Positions 24,901 through 35,917 of a stretch of 64,000 nt of DNA are shown piece after piece. The notes under the pieces were generated by a model. That model did no database searches and was not told the DNA's origin. It saw only the letters and a list, made by a program, of their open reading frames with translations. Position 1 is the first letter of the stretch. Every line of letters begins with the position of its first letter. Made by a program: the position numbers and the translations under genes. The DNA comes from Lepidodermella squamata (taxonomy: Eukaryota; Animalia; Gastrotricha): contig JBLDXI010000054.1 of NCBI GenBank assembly GCA_047495785.1, positions 806,001 to 870,000 of the forward strand, read 5' to 3'.

Positions 24901-25956
24901 GATAATACGAGTCGAAATTGGAAAAGTTCGTTGAGATTTTTTTCCCGAGATTTTTTTTGGAATTGGATGTCCAAGAAATGCCATTTTGAAGCAAGATTCT
25001 GTGCAGAACGATTTACTTGAGAAAGTTGAGAAGTATGAAAATGCGTCAATAAACGAATGGATTGAAACCTCGAGGAAAAACGCTTACGAGAAAACAGTCA
25101 TGGGGCTAAATATGTAGTCATTTTTGAGGAGGATTGGTCATTGAAATCAACGAAGCCGTCAAATTTCATTAATTAATATGGCGTTCTATTCTTTCGCAGC
25201 ATGTTTTCGCCTGCTCACATTTTACAATTGACGTACATTTAATTAGGTACGCGTGGTCAAATCGGGCAGATGTTGGAAAATCACCACTATCATCAGCTGA
25301 TGACTCCGCGCATAGTTGGCGACGACGACGCAACTACTGGGTCGAATAGAGTCATTAGACTATCAGCCGCTTACCAAACGGTTCTTCGTGCTGTGTTGCC
25401 CGTCACTGTTGACAAATGCAAAATATACACATCGTGCCGTTATCGTCATCAGCGATACGATGGCTGTTGGCTTCACCATGGCGCAACTCGAAAGCTGCCT
25501 CGTTCATTTTCAATCGAAGCGTTGATTGGCGATCAATTGCGGCCGGTGGAAATGTGTTGCTTCATTCAACTGCCAAATCAAATTCGCAATGAACCAGTAG
25601 CTGACCCAGAGAAGCTGCTCGTTGTATGCCGACTTCTGAAATACAATCGCGCTACCCCGGGAGTTGTCCTCGAGCGATTTCGCTCTATTAGCGCTACTCC
25701 AGTCAGCGATCTAGCGCCCAACGTCGCCGAAATGGTGAACGAAATGAGGCCTATCATTGACAGCGAGCTGGCTAAGCGAATTCTCAAGTCGTACCGCATC
25801 GATGATTTCAGCTTTGAGGACAAAATGTTGAAGAACAGCTACACTCTTCTCGCCATGTCACAGCTTCGAAGACGGCTCATCCTAATACCGTCAACTAAGC
25901 CAGTCGATAAACAATTTGACGGCGTCCCTTGGAATGTCGGTGTAGACTTGTATTGA
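18423..25956 (+). CDS. CACTA/EnSpm-family DDE transposase, ~1127 aa; exons 18423-19388, 20834-21941, 22315-22914, 25247-25956
   Basis: All four exons join in frame through GT-AG sites (phases 0,1,1; 3384 nt). Motifs: CPKC...CPVC zinc ribbon, SFDG (D1), VWPL, IADLIARA..NMTQFNGEYGCPYC (D2), EPMH, FNLHQALH, SAYSFE (E), KG|TRG across the last intron; long Asp/Glu-rich N-terminus. Confidence 0.9.
18676..18966 (+). repeat. Coding (GAT)n/(GAA)n trinucleotide tracts (poly-Asp/poly-Glu) in transposase exon 1
   Basis: Pure GAT runs at ~18696-18723 and ~18867-18911 and a GAA run at ~18933-18965. Confidence 0.9.
23240..24763 (-). pseudogene. Decayed ankyrin-repeat gene fragments, antisense, inside transposase intron 3
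   Basis: Minus-strand translations: NVDIDCKDMADATPLHRAVISHELPTVGTLVRLGA (24763-24640); GGNAFHQAARAGKVVAMKY*HEIDPELLHLKD (23965-23850); LLEIDPELLHSKD...(frameshift)PLHL (23490-23385); AARGGK (~23280-23250). Confidence 0.75.
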
Positions 25957-27734
25957 TGTTGGAAAACTGGCCGCTGGAATTCAGCGTACATGGAAGCATG
26001 ACTACTCACTACGATATTTGAAAGTATGTCGCAGCTATTTACCTTTATTTTTTTGCTCGCAAATATTTTGACGAATTTGGGCCAAATTTCCGTTCAGTTA
26101 AGGTTCAAATTTCCCACATAAATGTCATCGGGAGGCCCATGGGCAATGTCAAGCTCTCTTTTATTTATGTTTTTCCCACGAATATTGCTTACAGCCAGCG
26201 AATTTTAACCTGGGGTTGTAGTCACCCTACAGGATTTTTAAATATAGGGTGCCAGGAAAAGATGCCTTTGGGCTCTAATGGATGCTCCAAATATAGACAT
26301 CCATGAGCAGGAGTCGGTTTACTACAGCGTCTTGATATTGGAAATGGTGTACAGTAATGAATCGCAACAAATTAGTGGGAGAGATGGAGAGACCGGGACA
26401 AACAGGAACAGGACTTCTGAGCAAGTGATGCTACGGATAGGTTACAAATCGAGTGATCCTTGTCAACTCGCACAGCCATGGAGTCGTTGAGAATTTTTTC
26501 CTAGCTTCGGAATTGAATGTCGAAATGGGTCAAGTCGAAGTAATGCCATTTTGAAGCCTGATTCTGAACCGAAAGATTTAGTTAAATTGAGAAGTATGGA
26601 AATGCATCAATAAACGAGTCGATTGAAAACTCGAACAATCCAGCTGCTAGTGTTGCACCTCTGATTTCAGAAAAGACAAGTAACTGTCCTGCCACCGTTC
26701 TTACCCACCTTGAAGAGCTGAAAGACCCCCCCAAATAAAAGTAAATAGAGTCGATAAACGCGTGATCAATGTGGAGCAAACATGCCGAAGAATGATGAAC
26801 GTCTTGAAAATTTAGTTTAATTGATAAGTATTGACAACAAGACTATGACTGATTTGCCTTAATGGATTTCAAGATGAGATCGCAGAAACGGGACGAGAGT
26901 GATACATCGACTTTCTGGAGACAGCGATCTGATCGCGGGGTTTGGGTAAAACCCTTACGGCAGCAATGGCTACCTGGTGCCTTGTCTAAGTAACAGTATG
27001 GGCCTCAACATATGAAGTTGTAGTCTCAGTGGACAGTAGAAATGTATTATGAGTCTTGTATTCCGAGCCAAATTGCCGCGTAAATGTATTTCACTTTTGT
27101 CACAATTTGATTTTCCTGATTAATTATTGTTATTTTCTAATTACTATTTTAGGCATCGGAAATGAAAACGGGCTCTCTATGCCTATTCGACTTCTTCAGT
27201 CTTCAGTCTTCAGTTCAGTCTTCAGTTTCGACGCAACAACTGCATCGCGTGGGGTATACAGGTTTGCCAATCGAACTTTGCATGTTCATTAATTCTTATT
27301 GCTGTCAATTCTAAAATTTTAACACTTGTAACATTCCATTTCAGCCCTTCGAAGCTGTTGTCGATTGAAACTCGTGCGACCACTTGAAATTTGCTCATCC
27401 ATTGACTGTTCCAGATTCCAGACGTCCGGCTCATGAAACTTCCGCAGCCATCTATATTGGGCGGAAACCTTTCAATTTTCTAATTGATCGATTTAAATGA
27501 ATAACTGTCTATGAATTCGCTGAGAAATTTCTGTTGTCTGTCTTTGATTGCGAAATTGTGTAACAAAACGGTTTTAAGGTGGATGTTACCTTACTTTTTT
27601 ATTTTCATGAGAGTTCCGCTTTTATTGATTCTTCTATCTGCTACATGCCACTTTTGTGCTCCATGTTTCTCTCGCAATAAAACATTATTATTTGCTTAAA
27701 AATGATTTGTTTAGATTTATTCGTATTACCTAAG

Positions 27735-30700
27735 ATGCCTCTGTCACCAGCAGACGAGAAGCGTCTTTTGAAGATGAGCGAAGACGTGAGTCCTTGCTTT
27801 ATTTCACACAGCTTCTGCTTTTTTCGGGCAACTATAATTTTGCGGAATAAGTAGCATCTTTTGACGCCTTGTTATTTCTTCCTCAGTTGACATCCCAGAC
27901 ACTAATTGGCACCTTTGCGACGTGAAAGCTTTTAAGAATATTAGCCGCTAGGTGTCCGCCTGAGCTTTAACATAAAACCCGATTATCACTCCGCAAACAC
28001 AACATGCAACATCGGATTATAAATAAGAAAAAGCTATTTTTTCCGCAACGTACCCGTTTCCATCAAATTGTTTTTTTCTCAATTGTTTTCCTTGCTAACA
28101 TTCTCAGGAACGAAATACCGGGCTACCTGCATAATCTTCATCTTGTAAGTGAGATCTTGAATATCTTTATTATCTTGCGCATGTAAGACGCCATTATTTA
28201 ATTAACAAGCGCTTAAATTTGAAGGTAACTGCTATTGTTGTATCTCTAATTTCAGAGAAGACAAGTTACGGTTCTGAACACCGTTCTTACCCAACTGCAA
28301 GAGCTGAGAGATCACCTCGAAAAAAAATTGACAAAAGTCGATCAACGCGTGACGAACGTTGAAGCGACGTGCCGAAAAATGTTAAATGCGTTGAAAGAGA
28401 TTCAAGCGAAAGCCGCCCCCGGTGAATACAATTATCCGGGAAAGGACGAAACATACGTAAGTTTCATCACAGAATCGACCTTTCTTGGCATGTTATGATA
28501 TTTCTTCTAGTCTATTACTTCCATGATAACCGGCGAAGATGTTGAAATAATGTCCGGCTTCAGAAAGCTCATCGGTGAAGCGGGCGATAAAAACCCATCA
28601 TTAGCTCGTCTTGTCGGCTGGGTCGCCGTCCAAAGCCATGTTTTTCCTGTAAATACTCTCCTTTTCTTGCAAATTTTCTATCATTTCATTGCCTATTGTA
28701 ATTGCAGACTGCATACTTCGTGGACCATGTCCTCGAAGTGAGGCGTGAAGGCGGCACAAACCGCCTGCCCACGCCTGAGGATTTGACGAATCAAATTCTA
28801 GGCAAGCAAATACGTTAAAATGCCTAATCACCGTCATAATACGGCGTTCCATGTTTCGCAGAATGTTTTCGCCTTCTTACGGGCATCGAAGAAGGCAGCG
28901 CTGAAGCTTCAACTCTGCATGCCAAACTCAACGACCTCTTCCGGCAACTCGGGACTGACCAAGCCGGTCGAAAGAGAGATAAGAAGGCTATTGACAAATA
29001 CTTACTTGATTTGTCACGGAGGCACCCGTCTACCTGGGGCCCCGTGTCAAAAAAGCTAATTATCGCGCGTGGCCTGCGTAAAGTGGAAGAAGGTTGTTAT
29101 TACAATTTTACCTACCTTTTCTTCATGATATGTATTTTGACTTCAAGTTATGCAGCTCGAAGCTGAAAGTCAGCTCGAAGACCCTGAACCTCAGCCTGAA
29201 CCTCAACGTAATATTTGACATCATTTAGTATTATAAAATTAATCCGCTGTTTTTAGATCGAGCTCCGAAAATTATTTACGGGCAGAAGAAGGCCCAAGGT
29301 AATAAGCAAATTAGCTAACGATCTTACCTGTTTATGTTTCAATTTTATGCCTATACTAGTCATGCAAGAAGACACCGAAGAAGATGTCGAAGCCGAAGAA
29401 GAGCCTGAAGAAGATTTCGAGCCCGAAGAAGAGCCCGAAGAAGATGTCGAGCCCGAAGAAGAGCCCGAAGAAGAGCCCGAAGAAGAGCCCGATGAAGAGC
29501 CCGAAGAACAGCCCGAAGAACAGCGCGAAGAAGACGTCGAGCCGGAAGAAGATGTCGAGCCCGAACAACATGTCAACGTCGAAAAGCACGTCCAGGCCGA
29601 CCAAGACGACCACGAGCAAGGCCGTCTCCAAGATAGGATGGAGGAAAACGAATCTCGCCGCAGTTCTCGCAGTTCACAGCAAGGCATGGACGTTGACAAT
29701 GTCGGCGTCCATATTGATCAAGGGCAGGAAGAGGATGGTGAAGGTGAAGGTGATGTCGGGCGGTCTGGCGATCACGTTGCTCAACACCTAGCACCCGATG
29801 ACGGCAGCCATCCGGTGGTTACCGGCAGTCTACCGTACAGTCAAAGCCGCGACCCAACACCATCGATTGCAACGGCTGTAGACTCGTCGTGTAACGCTGA
29901 CGATACGAGGGGGGCTATGGGCCACGGCTACGTAGACTACGCAGCACGTCTCGATCAAGGGGAAGACGTTCCGCGTAAGAGGCCGCTTAGCCAATGGGCT
30001 AGCGAATCGCCAAATCTTATGCAAAGTCTGCTTGACGAAATAGCGGCCCTCAAAAAACAAGTGCAGTCGAAAAGTCACGAGCCCAGCGATGAGCGGGGTT
30101 CTAACATTAGCGACAAGCCTGTAGCTAACCGCGACATCGGCGACAACTACAACGCCTCGAGCAGCACCAAGCCGGTTGCGAACACGCGTGTCACCAGCGA
30201 CAACACCAGCAGCGCCACCAGCGACAAGCCTGCGGCAAAATCCCGCCCCACCAGCGATCAGCCCGGCGCCGCCACCAGCAACAAGCCTGCACAGAAGCCT
30301 CGCGTTACCAGCGACAAAACCGGCGTCGACACCGGTGTCTACATGAGCGCTAAGCCTGACTCCATGTCCCGCGCCAACAGCAGCGGCGCCAAGATCGGAG
30401 TCGCGCCCCGCACCAACACGGGCGGCAACACTAGCGTGAAGATCGTGGTGACGCCGCTCGCCAAACCGGGCGGCAACACGGGCGTCAAGGCCGGCGGCAA
30501 CACCGGCGCCAAGATCGCAGTGACGCCGCGCGTCAACACGGGCGGCAACACGGGCGGCAACACCGGCGTCAACACGGGCGTCAAGACCGGCGGCAACACG
30601 GGCGTCACGACCGGCAGCAACACCGGCGCCAGGATCACATCGACGCCCCGCGCCAATGCCAGCCAAAGCGCTAAGTTCGGTGCGAATACGTCGGCTAAAA

Positions 30701-30738
30701 AGGACTCTCGCCCACGTGTAACCAGCAGCCAGAGATGA
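27735..30738 (+). CDS. Transposon accessory protein (ORF2): coiled coil + BEN-like domain + EEEP acidic repeats + GGNT/NTG repeats, ~755 aa, 10 exons
   Basis: Exons 27735-27785, 27887-27921, 28108-28144, 28256-28456, 28511-28648, 28708-28801, 28862-29092, 29148-29207, 29257-29298 and 29360-30738 join in frame (2268 nt), using one GC-AG intron. Heptad segment LTQLQELRDHLEKKLTKVDQRVTNVE; BEN-like pattern LARLV...VFP..YFVDHVL...GG.NRLPTP..L.NQI...AKLNDLFRQ judged by eye. First two exons are least certain. Confidence 0.72.
29376..29566 (+). repeat. Coding 12-bp minisatellite GAAGAAGAGCCC (EEEP)n
   Basis: Tandem GAAGAAGAGCCC / GAAGAAGATGTCGAGCCC units. Confidence 0.9.
30410..30632 (+). repeat. 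Coding 12-bp GGCGGCAACACG-type repeats (GGNT/GVNT)
   Basis: Repeated GGCGGCAACAC(G/C) and GGCGTCAA units in the last ORF2 exon. Confidence 0.85.
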
Positions 30739-31397
30739 TTCCATGATCTACTTGCGTGACAAAACTGACTGAGAAGTTTTACCTAACTTTACTTAACCAA
30801 CTCTAACCTTTTTTCAGCTACTTTTTTTTTAGGAAAAAACGACGTACCGGGTTGCATCGCTCACCCCCGGTTTTATTTTTCATGCTTCTTCAAAGATCAT
30901 CCATTTTTTTTAGGAAATTTTGCAATCTCGGCAATTTTTTCTGTTTTTTCACCAAACGCAGTAGTTAGCAACACGATTTTACCATTTTAGCTGGGATTTT
31001 TTGAACATACTTGAAGCGGCAATATTTTTTCTATATTTCCACCGGTTTAAACTACACGAGTCTCATTTTTGTTTACCAATTTCTTCACTCGACAGCTTTT
31101 CCCTCATCTCATCATTTTTGGAATTACGATTTTTTTGAACATCACTTTTTTCAACATTCATAACATAACATTTTACATATTAACACAACAAACGAACTTA
31201 CGAATTGGAATTGGCTTATACAAGCCTTACCACTTAATTAGCCGGGGTATGAAAACCCGGCTTTAAAGTAAAGATTGTCTAATTTCTATTGAAATTAGGA
31301 GCTCAGTTAAAACTGTTATTATCGAAGTTATATTGTATCATGTACGCTGGAAATCATCGCCGTTGAAGCATCGCTAATTTGTTATGCACCGATCGAC

Positions 31398-32003
31398 ATG
31401 CAACTCGCAACTGACGACCCGCGGCTTGACCCGCGGCAATTCAATACTTCCTCGGTTTCGGGCTCATTTTCACTGAACATTAACCGTTTCGGTAAGTCTA
31501 TAGTCGCCAAAAGTAGGTTTCTACCCATGATTCGTGTGTTCATTTATTTTTTTTCGAATTCTATGCTTGCGTCCCACCTCTCAATTTCAGCCCATCCTTT
31601 TTAAATTGTGTTCTATGCTATCTATTTCAGCCTTTACATGGGGTACAATCGATACTGGCTGCTATCGATTTCGCACGGTTAACTGCTATTGCTGTATGTC
31701 TGATTTCAGCGAATATGACTTCAACTGTTCTCGCAGCCATTCTTGCCCACCTGGATCAACTCTAGGAGAGTTCGGCGCCCAAGCATGATCTCATCGGTAT
31801 CATCACTATCATCTCGTGAGTAACAGCTTTCCACCCTCACTGCTAACAAACCGTCATTGATTTGTATCCGTTTTTCAGCCTCAATTCACTCAACATTGAC
31901 AGCAACTATCCGGCGCTGGCTGCTTGCTGCTCCAATGACCTACTAAAAGTGAACAATATTTTTTTATTTTATCATCTTTTATCTTCCGATTCTTGACAAT
32001 AAA
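31398..32003 (+). other. Possible small spliced transcript near the right end of the CMC element (coding status unclear)
   Basis: Canonical donors GTAAGT (31492), GTATGT (31694), GTGAGT (31816); acceptors TTTCAG (31630), TCGCAG (31736), TTTCAG (31878); AATAAA at ~31998. The last three exons splice into one open frame, but I found no in-phase ATG exon. Confidence 0.4.
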
Positions 32004-33254
32004 ACACCACGTTTTCTGACATTCAAATCATTTTCCTTTTCTCACCTCATTTATGTTTCAACTCGCATTTTTCTATTCTTTTTCATATAGGTGATGTTAA
32101 CAAAGATTGAATTGAAATGAAATGAAAATTTAACGGGTTTTATCGATGAAAATGTGGTTTGTTCACTTTCGTTCATGATCGGCCTTCACTCGAGTGATCA
32201 CTCGTCGTCGTTACCTGTTCACTTACTTCTTCCTCACTTCCTTACTTCAGGATATCTCCGGTCTTCGGTGATTTCGTATTTCGTAAGTCGTAGTAAACAA
32301 GTTTTCATTTACCGGCTCGCACCGTTGGCTAGGGAAAGAATGGCTGCATGGTGAACAACTGCTCTGGAACAATCGGCGAGCGGTGTTTGTGTGCCTCTGC
32401 GTCTGCTTTTTCCTCTCCGTTTCTCTCTCCTTCTTTCTCTCTCTCTCTCTTTCGATGTCTCAATCTTTCGAGATCGAGATCGAGAGTGAGATCAAGAAGT
32501 AAAGAGAGACACGGCGAGGAAAACGCGCAGACGCAAAGCCACACAAACACCACTCGCTGGTTGTTCCAAGAGCAGCGGCCCACCATCCGCCCTTCCTACC
32601 CTGGCCGGTGCGGGCCGGTAAAAAATTTTTCGCCGATCTTTTCCCATTCCTGCCACGATATCAGCCTGTTCCTGCGAGGATCAGTCAAGTTTACCAGCAT
32701 CGTCAACTACTCCTGGCATGACAACTTGCAACTGTAGTTCCAACCTTCCACCTTCCTTCGTAGATTTTCCCCAAGTTTCTCTCAACATCCCACACATGAC
32801 CTTACCAGGATACTTAGCCACCAAAAGTGAGCAAGACCTTAGTACGCTCCTGACCCAACACCGTGCGAGGTGCGGGACAACTTATTGTCAAATTCAATTC
32901 GGACCAGCTCATGCCGCATGACATGCGTCCTTGCTCATTCCTTACACTTCTCCTCCCAAGGCATTTTTTATCACTAGGGTAGGGCTAATGTTGGTCAAGG
33001 ACAATTAGCTCCTCATGATAGGCCTATGGGTAGATCTCTCCTTGGAATTGCCCTTGGGATATAACATGCTAAAGAACTCAAACAGTTTCTTACTCCGTTC
33101 TTTGACGGACAGTACGCGTCTTGTCTGTTTTTAATGCGAGTAACAGCGCATTCAGAAAATGTGAGTCCGACCGTGGCCTAGATGCGAAATGTTAATGCGT
33201 CGAGGACAGTATACGCATCATGTCGCATTATTGTATTACGCTCTAAAAGCACAC

Positions 33255-33685
33255 TGAGCCAAATCACGGCTTGCGACACCTCTCCTTTAACAATCCTACG
33301 GCATTTAACGGCTTGTAACGGGTTTAGCTGTGATTTTGCCGTGATTAGCCGTGGATTTTTTTTTAAATTCGGCGACCCACTAGCCGTCAACTGCTGTTAT
33401 TAGCCGTTTTCAGCCATCACAAAGTCCCTTATAGGCCCCACAGCCCCGTCGCCCAAAAAATTCGTCGTAACGACACGTCTACGGCATTTATCACGGAAAA
33501 ATGACTCGAGGTGTGACGGACAACGGATAGAAACGGCAAATTTCGAGATATTCCGTCATCAGCGCGTCACAAAAGAGAAGCTAATATGTGACGTGTAACG
33601 AGTAACAACGGCTCGAGCCGTTTCAAGCCGTCTACCATGCGTCTACCATACGTGATGCGTGATTTTTCTTTACACTTTACCCGTG
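33255..33685. repeat. ACGG/CCGT-rich segment resembling subterminal repeats of a non-autonomous CMC-type element
   Basis: Dense direct and inverted (A)ACGGC/GCCGT motifs ending in ...TACCCGTG; matching left terminus not found. Confidence 0.4.
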
Positions 33686-34929
33686 ATATGGCTAAGAGTG
33701 AGAGATTTTAACAAGATAGCAGTCCGACCATCCTTGATGAATACCATATGTCAAGTCAAGTCCTACTTCGAAAACGGGATGCAGGTATGGGTCAGGTTTG
33801 CGTCAGGTCCAGATGCATAGAGCTCTTATTCGACGTCGTTTTTCTAACTTATCACAACAAAAATGCTGATGAAATGTAGGTCAAGTAGGCGAATGACGAG
33901 CGATTTATAAAACCGCCATTCGTTAATTTCTTCGAATTATCATGACAAAGTTGACTTTACGCAATAAAGTTGACTTCTGCAAAAGACGGCTTTGAAAATG
34001 AGCAATTATCGTCTGCAGATAAAGCCGACTTTATGGGATGAAACCGATATTATCGATAAAGATGGCTTCGAAAATAACCAATAACCAATAACCCCCATCT
34101 GTCCACCAAACCGTTAACATCTCGATGATTGATGAAAATCTTCCCACAAACTAGAATTTGCATTGTATTCCATTCAATATGTCATTCAATCCGTACACGG
34201 TGGTAATGTGGCAAATTACATCTGATATACCTACAAGGTACAAGCCCGGAGAAAGAAAAATTAACGTTGTAACGTTGTGAGGTAATATGCTAGAATGGTA
34301 AAATAAGTGTTTGAAATGGAAAAGTTTGGGGTTTCGAAACTTGAATAAACGTCAATCGCGTTCAGGGTATTATAGCTACGCATCTGAAAAAGGTTAGTTA
34401 TATGTCTCCCGAGCTGTTTTGAATAATTCGGAATGTTTTAATTAATCGATAACTTGATTGAGATCTGTCGACTAGATAAACCACAACTATTTTTTTCTTC
34501 GCAGCGAACATTGCTTTTTTCTGTTGCATCGTTCGGTAAATCGGTCATTCCGCCATTTGGCCGTTTTATTCAGCCCTGAGTTCGATGGTTAAACAGCTTT
34601 TTTGCTGCTTTGAGTGCAGGCACATACAGTACCAACGTACTGTGACATACCAAGCACTTAGGCGGTGATGCCGCTCGTATCATTGAAAAACAAGATTACG
34701 AGCAATTACTAACTTCATTTTTATTATTACTAACCCTAACAATATATACCACATTAACTTTTCCGAATCCAGCTATCAATAAGCACATCACACTTCTCGA
34801 TAAGCGGGAAGTTGATTCGTGAGCATTCGTAACTACGATACAGAGCTATGAGTAGCAACGATATTGCAGTTACGGATGTATGAAAATAGGTCAACATCGA
34901 GAAACAAGGGGGCCTCTCGATTTCGCATT

Positions 34930-35687
34930 TTAAGCATGAACACATTTGTCAACCGTAAAACCGGCAGCTGTAGCAGTGGTCGCCGAAGTCGATGGAGTAA
35001 TGGAAGACCCAGTTTTGGTTATGTGAGCACAGCAGCTAGCGTAGGAGTCGTAGGCATAAACGGTATTCGGTGCCGAGTCAGTCTGTTATGAATTCTGAGT
35101 GTACGCAAAGGCGAGATAATTAGGAATAAATTCTCACCCCAGTAACACTCATTGTTTCGGTAGATACTTCGCAAGAGGATGGAAAACGCAGGCAGTAGGT
35201 CTTAGCGCCACTGCAGAGTTTGAACGGTGCCACATCGGCTGTCGTAGGACTGAGGCAGGCCGGAATTTTCATCGCATTGACAGCGAGAGTGTCCCAGATC
35301 TGAGCGCCGATCCCTGTGCAACAGGCGTCGAAGGAGTTGTAGGTCTGCGCAATCATACTGCCGCCCAAAGCGCACGTTTTCGTGTAAGTACAATACTTGA
35401 TGCCGTTAGCTTCCGTCAAACCGACAGGGGATGCGCCGACTGTCGCTACACGGCACGACATGTAATTCTGCACAGTGAGAAGGCTGTTTATCTACGTGAA
35501 GGGCCGGGAAGGGTCAACTTACATCTGCGCAACTCTGACCACTTGTGTCGCACTGGTTGATGGTTCGGCACGATTGACCCGATTGGCAAACGCCAGTCGC
35601 ACAGTTGGTCGAAGCGGTCGTTGAGGCGGGGCAGGCAAGCGACGCGTCAACGAGGAATGACGCAATCAAAAGAGCGAAATAACGCAT
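34930..35687 (-). CDS. Secreted Cys/Thr/Ala/Ser-rich protein, paralogue A (215 aa, 18 Cys); exons 35687-35523, 35467-35138, 35082-34930
   Basis: Signal peptide MRYFALLIASFLVDASLA|CP; two 55-nt phase-0 GT-AG introns; shares KYC, FDACC, DVAPFKLC, CLRFPSSC, YASCC and GFTVDKC motifs with paralogues B and C. Confidence 0.9.
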
Positions 35688-35917
35688 GCTTTAATCCTGG
35701 TGAGGCTGAAAAATCACAAATAGCTAGTTGTTGACTTATCCCCCAATTGAGAGCCGGTTTTGTAACCGCAAGCCGTCTTGTCTGCTCGTCTTTCAGGTAC
35801 GTCCGCAAGTAATGGTGCATTACGACATTCCATTTATGGGGGATAAATATCGCCTGGGCTGCCGTCAAAGTGTTCATCTTGCACTTCAACTTGAATTTCT
35901 CAAGCTTTCAATTCAAC
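35688..35917. promoter_or_regulatory. Probable compact bidirectional promoter between paralogues A and B
   Basis: Only 230 bp separate the divergent ATGs; TATA-like GATAAATA at ~35843 (plus) and GATAAG at ~35740 (minus), each preceded by GGGG. Confidence 0.5.

Larger units (their letters stand above)
15511..32979 (+). mobile_element. Full-length CMC (CACTA/EnSpm-type) DNA transposon, 17469 bp, apparently autonomous
   Basis: TIRs CCCTAGTAATAAAAATG (15511) and the reverse complement CCCTAGTGATAAAAAATG (ending 32979), matching the CMCWR terminal consensus; TA flanks both ends (15509-10, 32980-81); subterminal CAAGG/CCTTG-type palindromic repeats; encloses an intact CACTA-type transposase. Confidence 0.85.

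Noticed and set aside
29253-30744. Long alternative-frame and antisense ORFs (SSSG-, SPKK-, LFFG-, VAAR-rich), including a histone-H1-like SPKK frame
   Set aside because: Shadows of the 12-bp coding repeats of ORF2; only the EEEP frame is joined by in-phase splice sites.
31534-31788. Cys-rich ORF in the transposon as a fourth member of the secreted family
   Set aside because: It reads through apparent introns and lacks the family motifs and a proper signal peptide.
32329-32737. RS/RE-rich ORFs
   Set aside because: Produced by (TC)n and TCGAGA microsatellites in the subterminal region.
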